Positions 39,590-54,545 of a stretch of DNA of 64,000 nucleotides are shown piece by piece. Within the stretch, counting starts at the first letter, position 1. The number at the start of each line of letters is the position of its first letter. The notes beneath the pieces were generated by a model. That model made no database searches, was not told where the DNA came from, and saw only the letters and a list, made by a program, of their open reading frames with translations. Source of the DNA: Octopus vulgaris (taxonomy: Eukaryota). Made by a program: the position numbers and the translations under genes. The stretch covers positions 76,508,001 through 76,572,000 of the forward strand of contig OX597820.1 of assembly GCA_951406725.2 (NCBI GenBank), in the 5' to 3' direction.

Positions 39590-40115
39590 AAGGCAGTGAC
39601 TTGGCAGAAACGTTTGCATACCGGGTGTTACGTTCTGAGTTCAAATTCCGCCGAGGTCGATTTTGCCTTTCATCCTTTCGCGGTCGATAAATTTAGTACC
39701 AGTTACGCACTGGTTTTGATGTAATCGACTTAATCCCTTTGTCTGTCCTTGTTTGTCCCCTCTATGTTTAGCCCCTTGTGGGCAATAAAGAAATAAGAAA
39801 CGTTAGCACGCCGGGTGAAATGCTAAGCGATATTTAGTCTGTCTTTATGTTCTGAGTTCAAATTCCGCTGAGGTCAACTTTGCCTTTCATCCTTACGAGG
39901 TCGATTAAATGAGTATCAGTCACACACTGGGGTCGATATAATCGACTTAATCTGTTTCTCTGTCCTTGTTTGTCCTCTCTGTGTTTAGCCCCTTTTGGGT
40001 AGTAAAGAAATAGGTATTTCGTGTCATTACGTTCGGAGTTCAAATTCCACCAAGGTCAATTAATCGACTGCCCACCTCCTCCAAATTTTCAGGCTTTTTT
40101 CCTAGAGTAGAAAAC
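39590..40115 (+). mobile_element. SINE family B multimer (three tandem units)
   Basis: gagttcaaattcc occurs three times; same unit junction (aaagaaataagaaacgttag) as 62341-62985. Confidence 0.85.
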
Positions 40116-40717
40116 GATATATACATTAGAGTTTTGATTCTCGTTTTGTGGTAATTTTAAGCTGTGTGATACGACTGTAAGGTACACCACGAATAATAAA
40201 ACAGGAAGATATAAATATGCATAAATAAACCTAAGACGGGAACAATACATAACTAAAGGACACAATTATGAAGATAATATTTTCTATAGTAGATACAAAG
40301 CTGTAGATTTGTGGAGATTGACTAATCCATTACACTGATTCCAGTGTTCAGCTGGTAGTCATTTCATCGGCCTCAGAAAAATGAAAGGCGAATACGACTC
40401 CAGCAGAAACTTTGCTTAGAACGTAAAGATGAAACACTAATATTTGACTGCTACTTTATCAACTTTGAAATACAAATTTGACCTTCATAAGATCTGAAAT
40501 CAAAATGTAAAACGCCAGGATAAAAAAACAGAACGCACTCACCCACACACAGAGGCTCACAGATGGCTTTCTCTACTCGGTTCTAACGACTCTCCCAAAC
40601 CAACACCTTCAATTCAGAGAAAATAAAGCGGATTTGGCGCTGTCATTGTTGAGTTAGGCATTATGTGTTCTCGATACAAGTAACAGCTTTACTATATATA
40701 TGTATTATGTAATATGA

Positions 40718-41051
40718 TGAAGGTGCATGTCTCAGCGGTTAGAGCGCTGAGTTTACGATCGTGAGGTTGTGAGTTCGAATCCCGGACCGGGCTGCATGTT
40801 TTGTTCTGGAGCAAGTCACTTTAGTTCACGTTGCTCCAGTTCACTCAGCTGTAGAAATGAGTTGCGATGTCACAGGTGCCAAGCTGTATCGGCCTTTGCC
40901 TTTTCCTTGGATAACATCCGTGGCGTGGAGAGGGTAGGCTGATATGCATGGCCAAATAGTGGTTTTCCATAAACAACCTTGCCCGGACTTGTGCCTTGGA
41001 GGGTAACTTTTTAGGTGCAATCTCATGGTCATTCGTGACAGAAGGGGGTCT
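40718..41051 (+). mobile_element. SINE family C
   Basis: B-box gagttcgaatcc; matches 18596-18935. Confidence 0.85.
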
Positions 41052-41683
41052 CAGCATGTAACATGTAAAACCAAGATTTAGAAAGGCACGAGTTTTAAAC
41101 TTTAAGCACTTATTGTGCAATGGAATTCAGAGTATTAATTTTTAATAAGTTATTTATTTAATTTAGACGAGAAACATTGTGAGCCAAGCAAGTAAGGAAC
41201 AGAATAAAGCGAAGAAACTTAGAAATCGAAAGGGAATAAGGGAAATAATAAATTATGCATTTATAGAGGATGAGAGAGAAACACAAGGTAAAGGAAAGAC
41301 ACAGAATGGATGAAGAAAGATGGAGAAAGGATGAAAATAAGTTTAAGGGACAGGCTTTTGAAATATGTAGGTAGTGGAGAAATTCACTTATGATAGCGTA
41401 ATTGTAAAAGGGGATATGTATTAAGTGGTTGTTTTAAAGTGAATAGGGATGTACAAGGCTTTTGTATTGTGAAAGAAAGAAGCTGAGTGTGCGAAAGTAT
41501 TTGTGCTTAGAAGTGTTGAAAAATTAAAGAACGGAGCGTGCACGTGAGAGAAAAGGGAGAGAGAAATTGCGAGAAAGAAAGAGAGAAAGTGAGAGGAAGT
41601 GAGAGAGAGAGGATTTCACTGCAATATAAGTATAAATAAATATATATAAATATATATATTGTACAATGAAAATAGGTGAAAGT

Positions 41684-41736
<53 letters not shown>

Positions 41737-42292
41737 CTTATTTATTTATATTGTACAATGAAAATAGATGAAAGGGAATTAAAATAAATAATATGAAGCA
41801 AATTTTCTAAGTGATTTAATCACAAGAAAAAGTGTCATGAGTTAAATATAATTCATAAGCATCTGCGAAATTTCTTTGATGAAAGCATTCAGCTAACAAA
41901 CAGACATTAGCAAGAATGTTGTGTGAGAAATTACTCTAAATATGCAAAAGAGAGTATGTAGGAAAAAAAAAAGAAGACATCAGTGAATATCGTAAAGATA
42001 TCCAAGAATTACGAAGAAATTTCACCTATAAAGTTGCATTATATTTCACTCGTTAAAATAATGCACCAGTGACAAAATGTGTGTTAACATTTCGAATTTG
42101 TTTATTCTTATAATGTAACAACAAATTGCAAAGGCGCCAATATTTGTATCAGAAAAATTATGGGATCTTCCAGGACTGATATCGTTAATGATTTATTCAA
42201 TTCAATGTATTCAGCGTATTTTCCTTTCTATTACAAAGTATGACAACTTTGTATTTTAAAACAATGTAAACCGGTTGCATATTTTGATAAAA

Positions 42293-42667
42293 GGAGGCGC
42301 AATGGCCCAGTGGTTAGGGCAGCGGTCTCGCGGTCGTAGGATCGCGATTTCGATTCCCAGACCGGGTGTTGTGAGTGTTTATTAGCGAAAACACCTAAAA
42401 GCTCCACGAGGCTCCGGCAGGGATGGTGGTGATCCCTGCTGTACTCTTTCACCACAACTTTCTCTCACTCTTACTTCCTGTTTCTGTTGTACCTGTATTT
42501 CAAAGGGCCACACTCTGTTTCACGCTGAATATCCCCGAGAACTACGTTAAGGATACACATGTCTGTGGAGTGCTCAGCCACTTACACGTTAATTTCACGA
42601 GCAGACTGTTCCGTTGATCGGATCAACCGGAATCCTCATCGTCGTAACCGACGGAATGCTTCTACAC
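42293..42667 (+). mobile_element. SINE family D with 12-bp TSD
   Basis: A-box tggcccagtgg, B-box gtttcgattccc; TSD attttgataaaa at 42281-42292 and 42668-42679. Confidence 0.88.
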
Positions 42668-42827
42668 ATTTTGATAAAAATTGTAAATATTCTGTTTTTC
42701 TTTTGTCCGTGAAAAATTGTCCGTGAAAAAATTGTCCGTGAATGGATTTTTAAATCGTCTTAAACTTTTCAATGTATACATTTACAGGACACATTAATAC
42801 GTATGTGTATGTGTTTGTATGTGTATC

Positions 42828-42889
<62 letters not shown>

Positions 42890-42898
42890 ATATATAAA

Positions 42899-43700
42899 TA
42901 TTGGGTCATCCCATAAATAATGCGGTTTTTACAAATTGCATTTACTAAAAGTCGGAGGGGGACAGGATAAACTACTTGCATCAGCTTGTTATAGAAGTAG
43001 ATAGTAATTTTCCCTTTGTACTTATTCTTAGCTCAAATTTTGAAGAGTGTAGTTCGATTTTAAAAGTTATTTTTTTCAAAACTATAATGGAAGTGACAAA
43101 GGAGCATATTCGGCGTATTTTGCTATCATAAGTTCAATAAAGCCAACAACAGAAAGTGCGAGGAATATTAATGGGGATCGAACAATAAGCGTAAGCCAGT
43201 GTCGACGGTGATTGCAGCAATTCTGAGACAGAAACTACAGCCTAAAATACGAACCACGCTCTGGAAGATTTGTAGAGCTCGACAAATACGTCCTGCAAGC
43301 CCTGGTGGAACAAAATCCCATCGTAAATGTTGAAGAGCTAGGAGAGAAGCCTAGATTTGTTCCCTCAATCATTCATCGACACCTGCGTGCCATCGGAAAA
43401 GCCAGCAAATTAGGCCAATGGGTTCCTCACAAACTTTCCGAGTCTAATCACGCACAGAGTGTGATTGTGTGCTGTTCTTTTCAGTCACATCTCACGAATG
43501 AACCCTTTTTGGACAGAATTGTGAGTGGTGACGAGAAATCGGTTCTCTTTAAAAATGTCAAGCGCCGAAAACTGTGGGTACAAAAAGGAGAAACAGCGAC
43601 ACCCCAGGCTAAAGAAGGTCTTCCCCCACGTAAGGTGTTGCTATTTGTTTTTGAGATATGAAAGGTTTAGAACACTTTGAATATTTAAACCCAAACTAAA
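42899..43700 (+). mobile_element. mariner transposon, 5' TIR plus truncated, decayed transposase
   Basis: TA|TTGGGTCATCCCATAAATAATGCGG TIR; MEVTKEHIRRILL start; WVPHKL linker; IVSGDEK first catalytic D; stops and frameshifts. Confidence 0.88.
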
Positions 43701-44500
43701 CAATAAATCGATAGAGTAACAGTCACATATACAACCTTGAGACACACATGTATCACTACATAGACATATGTGTACATGTACATACACATATACACACACG
43801 CAGACACGTCAACACACTTGCATATCTAAATACTCGCATGCATACATAGATATGTACATACATACATGCGTATAGGCGTATACGCATGCATACCCACGTA
43901 CACATATGCATACGTACATGCATACATTCACATATACACACATGCATACATACAGGCATGCATACATAGATACGTACAGACATACAGACATATATAAATA
44001 CATACATAAACACATATATATCATGAACTAACTTAATTTCTCAGATGCAGAACGAAGTTTTTTTAGTGAACAGGTCGTGGTTTCAAGGTGACGAAAATAT
44101 TTTAACATAAATGAAATTTAAATGTTTAAGTGAATCTTCTTTCAGTTTCCGTCCGCTAAATATACACTCAAAAAGCTTTGGTCGGACCGAGGCCATAGTA
44201 GAAAATACTTGCCCTAGGTGCCACACAATGGGACTGAACCCGGAACCGTGTGATTGGTGAGCAAGCTACTTGTCACACAGCCACACTTGAGCCTGTCTAA
44301 TAAACTCCGAAAGTAAATAAATAAAAGAATCATGCAAACTAAAGGAAACAGACAATCCGTTCATTAGTCTCAAAGTAAAGATTATAGTAAATATTGTATG
44401 TGGGTGGGTAGCAAGTGGAAAGAATGTATGTGCGGTCATTTTGAATAAGCAACTGAGTCTTAAAAATCATTTGTCTGACAAACGATTATGGATTTAATAT

Positions 44501-44688
44501 AGTTCAATATTTAAGAGATGAGGGATTATGTACATTATTTACATTATTTACATTTGACGGATATTTGTCTTCATCTTGTTGTTAAAACAACGTTTAGGAT
44601 GATATAACCCACCAAGCTTTATCAGGTGCCTTGGAGAAATTTCGAACCCGGGTTCTCATTCCGAAGGTATTTTTCGACGTTATTATTA

Positions 44689-44770
<82 letters not shown>

Positions 44771-44778
44771 CATTATTA

Positions 44779-44856
<78 letters not shown>

Positions 44857-45063
44857 GGAGCACTGCCTGGAATAGAACTCGGAATCTTGGGGTTAATAGT
44901 CCGCACTCCTTAATTGCCCATGGGCATATGGCGTAGTGGTTAAGAGAGCGGGCTACTAGCATCAAGATTCCGAGTTCGATTCCAGGCAGTGACCTGTATT
45001 ATAACAATAACAACAACAGCAACAACAATAATAATAATAATAATGATAATAATAATAATAATG

Positions 45064-45134
<71 letters not shown>

Positions 45135-45545
45135 CAGAATGTGGAATCTGAAAACAGAAACAATTCCTATCATAGTAGGTGCATTAGACATGATAAAAAA
45201 ATATTCAGACAAATACATAACAAAAACACCAGGACTTACAAACACATATAACATACAGAAAATTGCACTACTAGGCACTGCACACATCCTACGCAGAACA
45301 CTTTCCATACAATAACCATCAGAGCATCACAACAAATCACAGCACATGCCCAAGGCACACAGAGCTGCGCTCGGTAGTGAAGTGAAAGCACGCTATAAAA
45401 ATAAAAATAAAACTACTGAATAATAATAATAACATCGAAAAATACCTTAGGAATGATAACCCAGGTTTGAAATTTCTCCAAGACACCTGATGAAGGCTGG
45501 AGGTTAACAACAAACAGCATGACAAATATCCTTCAAATGTAATGT
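44501..45545. mobile_element. Head-to-head inverted dimer of the tRNA-(AAT)n-HHR element (copies 2 and 3)
   Basis: Minus copy 44501-44914 (tail, (ATT)n, head lacking the A-box). Central palindrome tgcccatgggca at 44915-44926. Plus copy 44915-45545 (A-box TGGCGTAGTGG, B-box GAGTTCGATTCC, (AAT)n, tail 45432-45545). Confidence 0.85.
45134..45420 (+). mobile_element. R4/Dong-like LINE extreme 3' end nested in the (AAT)n of the HHR element
   Basis: RMWNLKTETIPIIVGALDMIKK...IQKIALLGTAHILRRTL* is the typical C-terminus of RLE elements; flanked by AAT repeats. Confidence 0.85.
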
Positions 45546-45759
45546 TTATTATAGACAGTGGTAAACTTTGTAAACGAAAAGTATCGACCGTACATTAAAC
45601 CATATTATTTTATTCTGTATAAAACCAACATTTCAACTAATTTAGGATTTACTTAAAAATACCTTCAAAACTGGTTTGAACAAGGAATTCGCTACAAGTA
45701 ATTGGGTAAACAGTTACGATGTTTGTCTGTTCAAGTTGTATATATGACTGTTACTCTGT

Positions 45760-45803
<44 letters not shown>

Positions 45804-46114
45804 TGTGAAATCTCGTATCGTAAGGCTTTATTTCCACATACGCCAGCTTAATCTAATTCCTCCTTACTCGAAAGACACCTGTTGTTATGTCCTGTTATTA
45901 TCTTTATTGTATTTGTGTAACATTGTCCGTTTTTTTCCGTTCGTGTTTTTGTATACATTCGCCGCTCTCTTTCAAGGAATCTTATTATCTTAGCTTAGTT
46001 TTTCCTTGGGACTGAAGAAAGAAAACTTTGAATGACTCGTCCTTGGTTTCTTTATATTGTCTATCTGGATGTTTTGTCTTCTTGTCCCATCTTGAATTTT
46101 ATATATATATATAC

Positions 46115-46227
<113 letters not shown>

Positions 46228-46951
46228 CTTCTCACCACTGTCTAACAATGAGTAGATACAATGTCTTCGATATATACATGCAAATCGCTACAATCTCTTA
46301 TCATGAAATATCTTTCTACAGATAGGTTTATGTACACAACAACGCATATACTATCTTGCAGTTTAAAAGAACCTATTAAATATCATAAATACGTTGAACC
46401 TAAAGAAGGAAAGCATAAAGAAAAAGACATGCGATACAAAGTAAACTGTTCTATAAATTTAAAAATACTGATAAGCAAAACACCTCTTTGTCTTTTAAGA
46501 ATCCATTGTCACTTCTTACATATATACAGATGAATTTTTAAAATCACTTAAAAGAAGCACTTCCTTTCTAAAGAAGTTTGCCAATAACTTAACATGCTCT
46601 AGAATGAGAATAATGCTGGTTCGACACGATGAAACTAATAGCTTTTAGAAATGGAATTCTCACGCTGCAAACGGAGACTGCTTGTTGAAGTCAGTTATAC
46701 GTGTAGTGAAAATCACCGCTAGAAGTAAAAGCAAGTGACATTGATTTGATAAGCGTGACAGCGAACTAATTTAAGAACAGACACTATTAACATAATTCAC
46801 AATACAAAGGAAAGACTGGTCACAAAACTAGTAATACAAATCTGGTTTTCGAAAAGTAGCAACATATACTAAAAGCGTGATTCTTAACCAAACTGTCGAA
46901 CTGGGAAACAGCTACTTTCTACAATGATGAAGTAACAAAATATTGAATATA

Positions 46952-47148
46952 AGCACAGGAGTAGCTGTGTGGTAAGTAGCTTGCTTACCAACCACATGGT
47001 TTCGGGTTCAGTCCAACTGCGTGGCACCTTGGGCAAGTGTTTTCCACTATAGCCTCGAGCCGACCAAAGCCTTGTGAGTGGATTTGGTAGACGGAAACTG
47101 AAAGAAGACCGTCATATATATGTATATATATATATATTTATATATATA

Positions 47149-47219
<71 letters not shown>

Positions 47220-47435
47220 TGGGTATCTGTGTTTGTCCCACCAACATCGCTTGACGACCGATGCTGGTGTGTTTAGGTCCCCGTAACTTGGTGGTTCGGG
47301 AAAACAGACCGATAGAATAAGTACTAGGCTTACAAAGAATAAATCCTGAGGTTGATTTCATTCGACTAAAGGCGGTGCTCCAGCATGGCCACGGTCAAAT
47401 GACTGAAACAAGTAAAAGAAAGATAAAAGAAAGAT
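46952..47435 (+). mobile_element. SINE family A, full length
   Basis: Best-preserved copy: head, accttgggcaagtgt CORE-like segment, (TA)n(TG)n, tail. Confidence 0.9.
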
Positions 47436-47474
47436 ACTAACCGAATTAATCTCATTCTGCTTCAGGTTATTCCT

Positions 47475-47712
47475 TTACTCCTTTATTCTTTTACTTGTTT
47501 CAGTCACTTGAGTGCCGCCATGCTGGAGCACCACCTTTAGTCGAACAAATCTACCCCAGGAATTATTATTTGTAAGCCTAGGGCTTATTCCATCGGACCG
47601 CTTTTGGTGAATCGCTAAGTTACGGGGACCTAAACACACCAACATCGGTTGTCAAGCAATGGTGGGAGGACAAATACAGACACACATATACATGTATATA
47701 TATATATATATG

Positions 47713-47774
<62 letters not shown>

Positions 47775-48513
47775 TCGTTTACAATACACTAAGTCCCCAG
47801 ACGCCCCTGTTGATTTATTGACACCCAAAACTTCTACAACTAAATTTTGTCATTTTCCTGACCACCATGTTTGGTCCGTAACCACTATACATCCCTTATC
47901 CTGATATTCTTTTACATTTTTTATTATTTTTATCCCTATTTTTATTTTTATTTCTATTTTTACTTTTTATTTCTATTTTTATTTCTATTTCTATTTTTAC
48001 TTTATAACTTTATACTTTTATATTCATTTATATTTTTTTTATATTCTTTATATCCCCTTTATATCTCCTTATATCTCTTTATATCTTTATACTCTACACT
48101 TTTATATTTTTTTATACTTACACTTTTTATATATTTTTTATCCTTCGTCCTGAATTCTCGCCCCTCCATCTTTACCCCTATTTATTCTTATTACCATGTC
48201 CCTTCACGTATATATATGTATTTATTTATTAATTTATTTACATTACTTCAACATCCAAATTTCCTCATTCTACATTGAGAGAAGAACGAGATGGACGCTT
48301 CAATTCTATGCTGTTGCCGCATTATGTCGTACGCGAATGAGAGGATTTGCATCCCCAACCAAGAATTTATGATGTAACTCATGTCCTTGTGGAAGTTGTT
48401 GTGCGCGGCTGAAGAAGGCCACAGACATACGTTATGCATTGTTATAAATCTGTCTAATAAAGGCCCGAAACATATGTACCGCTGAATCCTTGGCATCATG
48501 TTTTTATTTTGAT

Positions 48514-48596
<83 letters not shown>

Positions 48597-48758
48597 CATA
48601 TATATACGACGGGCTTCTTTTAGTTCCCGTCTACCAAATCCACTCAGAAGGCTTAGGTCGGACTGAGGCTATAGTAGAAGATACTTGCCCAAGGTGGCAT
48701 GCAATAGGATTGAACCCGGAACAACGTGTTGGGTAGCAAGCTTCTTCTCACACAGCCT
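47475..48758 (-). mobile_element. SINE family A split by a ~750-bp insertion in its (TA)n
   Basis: Tail 47475-47700 and head 48600-48758 flank foreign sequence at 47770-48515. Confidence 0.8.
48405..48482 (+). ncRNA. Penelope-type hammerhead ribozyme motif
   Basis: GCGG-CTGAAGA-aGGCC[long loop]GGCCc-GAAA-CATATG-TA-CCGC: stem I GCGG/CCGC, perfect palindromic stem III ACATATGT, GUA site at 48476-48478. Confidence 0.75.
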
Positions 48759-50204
48759 AATCGAATAATTGTTTTCACTTCAGGTATATTTTCTGTTTTC
48801 CCTTCAAGATTTTCGTCCAAATTTAGTGATATAATTAGAACGATACCTAAAGGTTAATAAGTGTGAATAAAAACCAACTTGCAGTATCGACTAAGATGTC
48901 GTATCATATTACATATGAGCTGGTAACAAAAAGTTCCCCGACTAGTTGTTTACCTAAGTTCTAACATCATCTACTTCGAAATAAAGAGCTTGTACCAACG
49001 TTTCTGTTTCCTCTCTTCGAATCCAGCTTTAATTTTCATGGCAAGGCACTGTCATATTTAACATTCCATATAAAAATGTTGTAATGTACCTCAGATTCCA
49101 TAAGATTTTACAGGACTACAATAGTTGTTTTGGCAGTATGAAGTGTGATATAAGAGTCGCAGATAAGGTGAGGTAACTCACGTACATATATCATTTAAGT
49201 ATTTTTCTGTCCAAATTTGGCCAAGTGCGATTTTTCTCAATACTTAATTTTGTTTCCAATAGCTAGTTCTTTTGGTTAAACTATCGTATCTCCAGCAGCT
49301 TCAGATGACAAGGTATGAACATTGTCAGTGTGTAGTACGATGGTTTAGCATTTTTCAAAAGTGTAGTAAGTTCCACATACGACAATTTTGCAAAAATATT
49401 TCCGACTGAAAATATCATATATGCATGGAGTTATGATTTTACGCACCCAATAAAGTATTGTTGTTAAGCTGAAAGTGTTGCTAATGAAAAAAGAAATATA
49501 ATGGTGAAACTATTTTTTCGCTTTCTTAAAAAGCAACGTTTTGGACTTATGACACTTTTGCATAATAGCAGTGATATATAATAAACAAGTTACATTATGA
49601 CGAGCCATAACTTTGGGACCTATCACAAGATTACCTAGAGTTCTTGACTAATCTAAGTAATATGGTTAGTCTGGTGGGCCAACAGAAAGCTTATGAAGTA
49701 TTGTGCCCGGATTGATAATACCACACTATTTGTTCTATACATATATATTGTGTGTGTGTGTGTATGCGTGTGTTTGTGTGTGTGTCTGTGTGTGTGTGTA
49801 TGTCTGTATATCTGTGACTGTGTAAGGGTGTGTTTGTATATGTGTGTGTACGTATAAGCTTACCCATTATGACATTGAAATTAATAAGCTACACAGGCAC
49901 ACGGACATATATACAGCAAAAACATCATCGAGTACGGAGAGAACACTTTTTTAAGTAGACATACAGACATACGTACTTAACTGAAAAAGAGAAGAAAAGA
50001 AATAACCCAAAATAGAATCCAATGTAAATAGAGTCCATCCATTCAAAAATATATTCACAAAGTAAAACAAGATGTCCGCCATATATATTCCACAAACTAT
50101 ATGTGAGTGTAGAATACGAAGTATTTTCTGTGTGAAGGTAAATAAGTATACGTACATCTAAACATCTATAGACATGTATATTATTACGCATTTGTATATA
50201 TATA

Positions 50205-51064
50205 CAGGGCGCGTAAGATATTTCAGGACAGATCTATGTTTATAAAAAAACAAATATATAATAATAGATAATAACTTTATCAACAAATACTATGAGGATA
50301 AAAATAAATCTTCTCTATAATGTTATTCAACAAAACCACCTTCAGCTTGCTGGTTCATTTTGGACATTAATCTGACTATGGCAACTTTCAAAGAATCTTT
50401 GGTATTATGGGCATGTTTATTGACCTCTCTCTCAACAACGCTCTACATGTAATAGTCCCATGGATTGAGATCTGGGGAAATAGGAAACCAAATGTTAGGG
50501 GTTATGTGATCACGAAAATTTTCAGCCATCCATTCCTGTGTTACTAGAGCCATTTGTGATAGTGCAGAGTCTAACTAAAACACATAAAGCCTTCTACTGC
50601 ATACACTGTCTATCCAGGGTTTAACAATTATTTACAGGACCGCAATGTAGGCGGCAGAGTTAAGTCTAAGGCCTTGTGGAAAGAAGCAAGGAAACATCAC
50701 ATGTCCTTCATTGCTGACAATCCCTAAAACCATGATAGATGGAGAACATTTTGTATGTATAACACCTTGAACTTCAGAATGGTCTGCACATAAGCATCTG
50801 TCATTTCTTCTGTTAACTTTTGATATCGATCGAGATTTCTCAAACACCTTACAAAATTTTGTAGACGAAAGATCTGACAACTTTTAAACAGTGACATATT
50901 TCTAAATCGTTATGCTCAGCCTTAATAACCACAATAACAGAATGCCGCTTCATTTCTATGGTATGCTGAGGGTCCGTCATTACTAATTTCTGTTTATACA
51001 GAGTTAGCAAAAAATGCAGCAATGACCCAAAAAAGGTATGTCCTCAAATACCTTACGCACCCTA
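50205..51064 (-). mobile_element. Internally deleted maT/DD37D-like transposon with both TIRs
   Basis: TIR cagggcgcgtaagatatttcaggaca versus reverse complement tagggtgcgtaaggtatttgaggaca, TA flanks. Remnants NRRNDR..., IMVLGIVSNEGHVM, VKPWI, WFPISPDLNPWDYY. Confidence 0.88.
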
Positions 51065-51074
51065 TATATAATCT

Positions 51075-51286
51075 TACTCTCATTACTCTTTTACTTGTTT
51101 CAGTCATTTGACTGTAGCCATGCTGGAGCACCACCCTTAATCGAGCAAATCGACCCCAGGACTTATTCTTTGTAAGCCTAGTATTTATTCTATCGGTCTC
51201 TTTTGCCGAATGGCTAAGTTACACACCAGCATCGGTTGTCAAGCGATGTTGGGGGGACAAACACAGACACACAAGCATATACATAC

Positions 51287-51371
<85 letters not shown>

Positions 51372-51490
51372 CATATATATATATACATATACATATATAC
51401 GACGGGCTTCTTTCAGTTTCCGTCTACCAAATCCTCTCACAAGGATATGGTCGGCCCAAGGCTATAGTAGGATACACTTGCCCAAGGTGT
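51075..51490 (-). mobile_element. SINE family A (5'-truncated head)
   Basis: Tail, (TA)n and body motifs. Confidence 0.85.
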
Positions 51491-51498
51491 TATGCAAG

Positions 51499-51577
<79 letters not shown>

Positions 51578-51916
51578 CGTGTAATATAGCGTTTTTAATT
51601 ATTGTGGTTGCAGTCATATACATTAAAATGAAGCTTTCTCCATATTGATGCTTTTCGTCGCATTTGCTTTCTTCCCAAAGAAAATTTCAAGTTATTTGAT
51701 AGATATTTGAAAATCTAACCCAGTTCAATAAACGCTCTCACGCAAAACTTTCGTACTTGAGATAGTGATGCGAGATGTCGACTTGAACTGAAATTGTAAA
51801 CTTTCGTACATGCTTAAACACACACGCGCACACAAATGCATGAAGACACACACTCACATCAACACACACACAAACACACATACACACACCGAGGCTCTCT
51901 CTTTCTCCTTTTCTGT

Positions 51917-51953
<37 letters not shown>

Positions 51954-52121
51954 GTATATACACACAGAACATTGTAAATATCTGGTAACAAAAATTATAA
52001 CAAAACAAAGAAATTATTTGTTTCGGATTCAACTTTCGTAGTTCTTATCTGCGTATATATATGTACATAGATACATACAAGCATACATACATATATACAT
52101 ATATTTATACATGTACACACT

Positions 52122-52165
<44 letters not shown>

Positions 52166-52452
52166 GACATACACACATACATGTAAGATATTGCTCAAAA
52201 TATTTGCAACCTGTCTAGAACTACTGCTAAAGTTATCTGTTATTTTCTACATCCCGGAATATATATCATTTCCTTTCCATCTTACCGCATTTTACATATA
52301 TACATACACAAATAGATACATACATGCATACATACCTACATACATACGTACATATATACATATAGACACACACACACTCTTACATGCATGCATACGTACA
52401 TATCCACATACTTATATTCAGACACACTCACAAATATATATATATGCTTTCT

Positions 52453-52517
<65 letters not shown>

Positions 52518-52551
52518 GTATATATATCTATACCTAAATCTATCTATCTAT

Positions 52552-52586
<35 letters not shown>

Positions 52587-53194
52587 ATACACTCTTACAG
52601 GCAAAACTCATTGACATTTTAATATAAAAGCAATCATCACACCCACACACATTCACACACACACATACACACAACACATACACATATAAACACAAAGACA
52701 AATACACATATAAAGATTGAGACGGAGAATTTGAAGTATGTACATAAAAATGAGACAGAGATAGGGAGAAGAAAAATACAAACCACTAAACTAAACACAA
52801 TAAAAAAATGAATTATACAGAAATACTTTGGTCGCTTTCTAAAAACTCGCGCTAATCGATTAATATCTGCTTATCCTGTTTACATGAGGATCAGCAGTGA
52901 TCTTAATGCCTTCTTCACACGACATAAATAGTTTGAAGGTTTCACAAAATGTTATTCTTTGCAATCGTTTGCAATGCTATGAGGAATTGCTAACAACAAA
53001 CATACAATACCAAAACCATTATTACATACCGCAAATTCAGCAATGAATCCGGAATATTTTCTAGTCATGCTACATATACATACGTACATACACTCACATA
53101 CACATACACACACACATTTCAAACAAGAGTTACTGCATTCTACTCGAGGAGAAATACAGAATCTAAAATACTGCTGGTGCATTTTCAACTTCTT

Positions 53195-54545
<1,351 letters not shown>

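Noticed and set aside
44915-44997. Functional tRNA gene (also the heads at 18596, 40718 and 42293)
   Set aside because: A/B boxes are present but there is no complete acceptor stem or cloverleaf, and the heads continue into repeat bodies.
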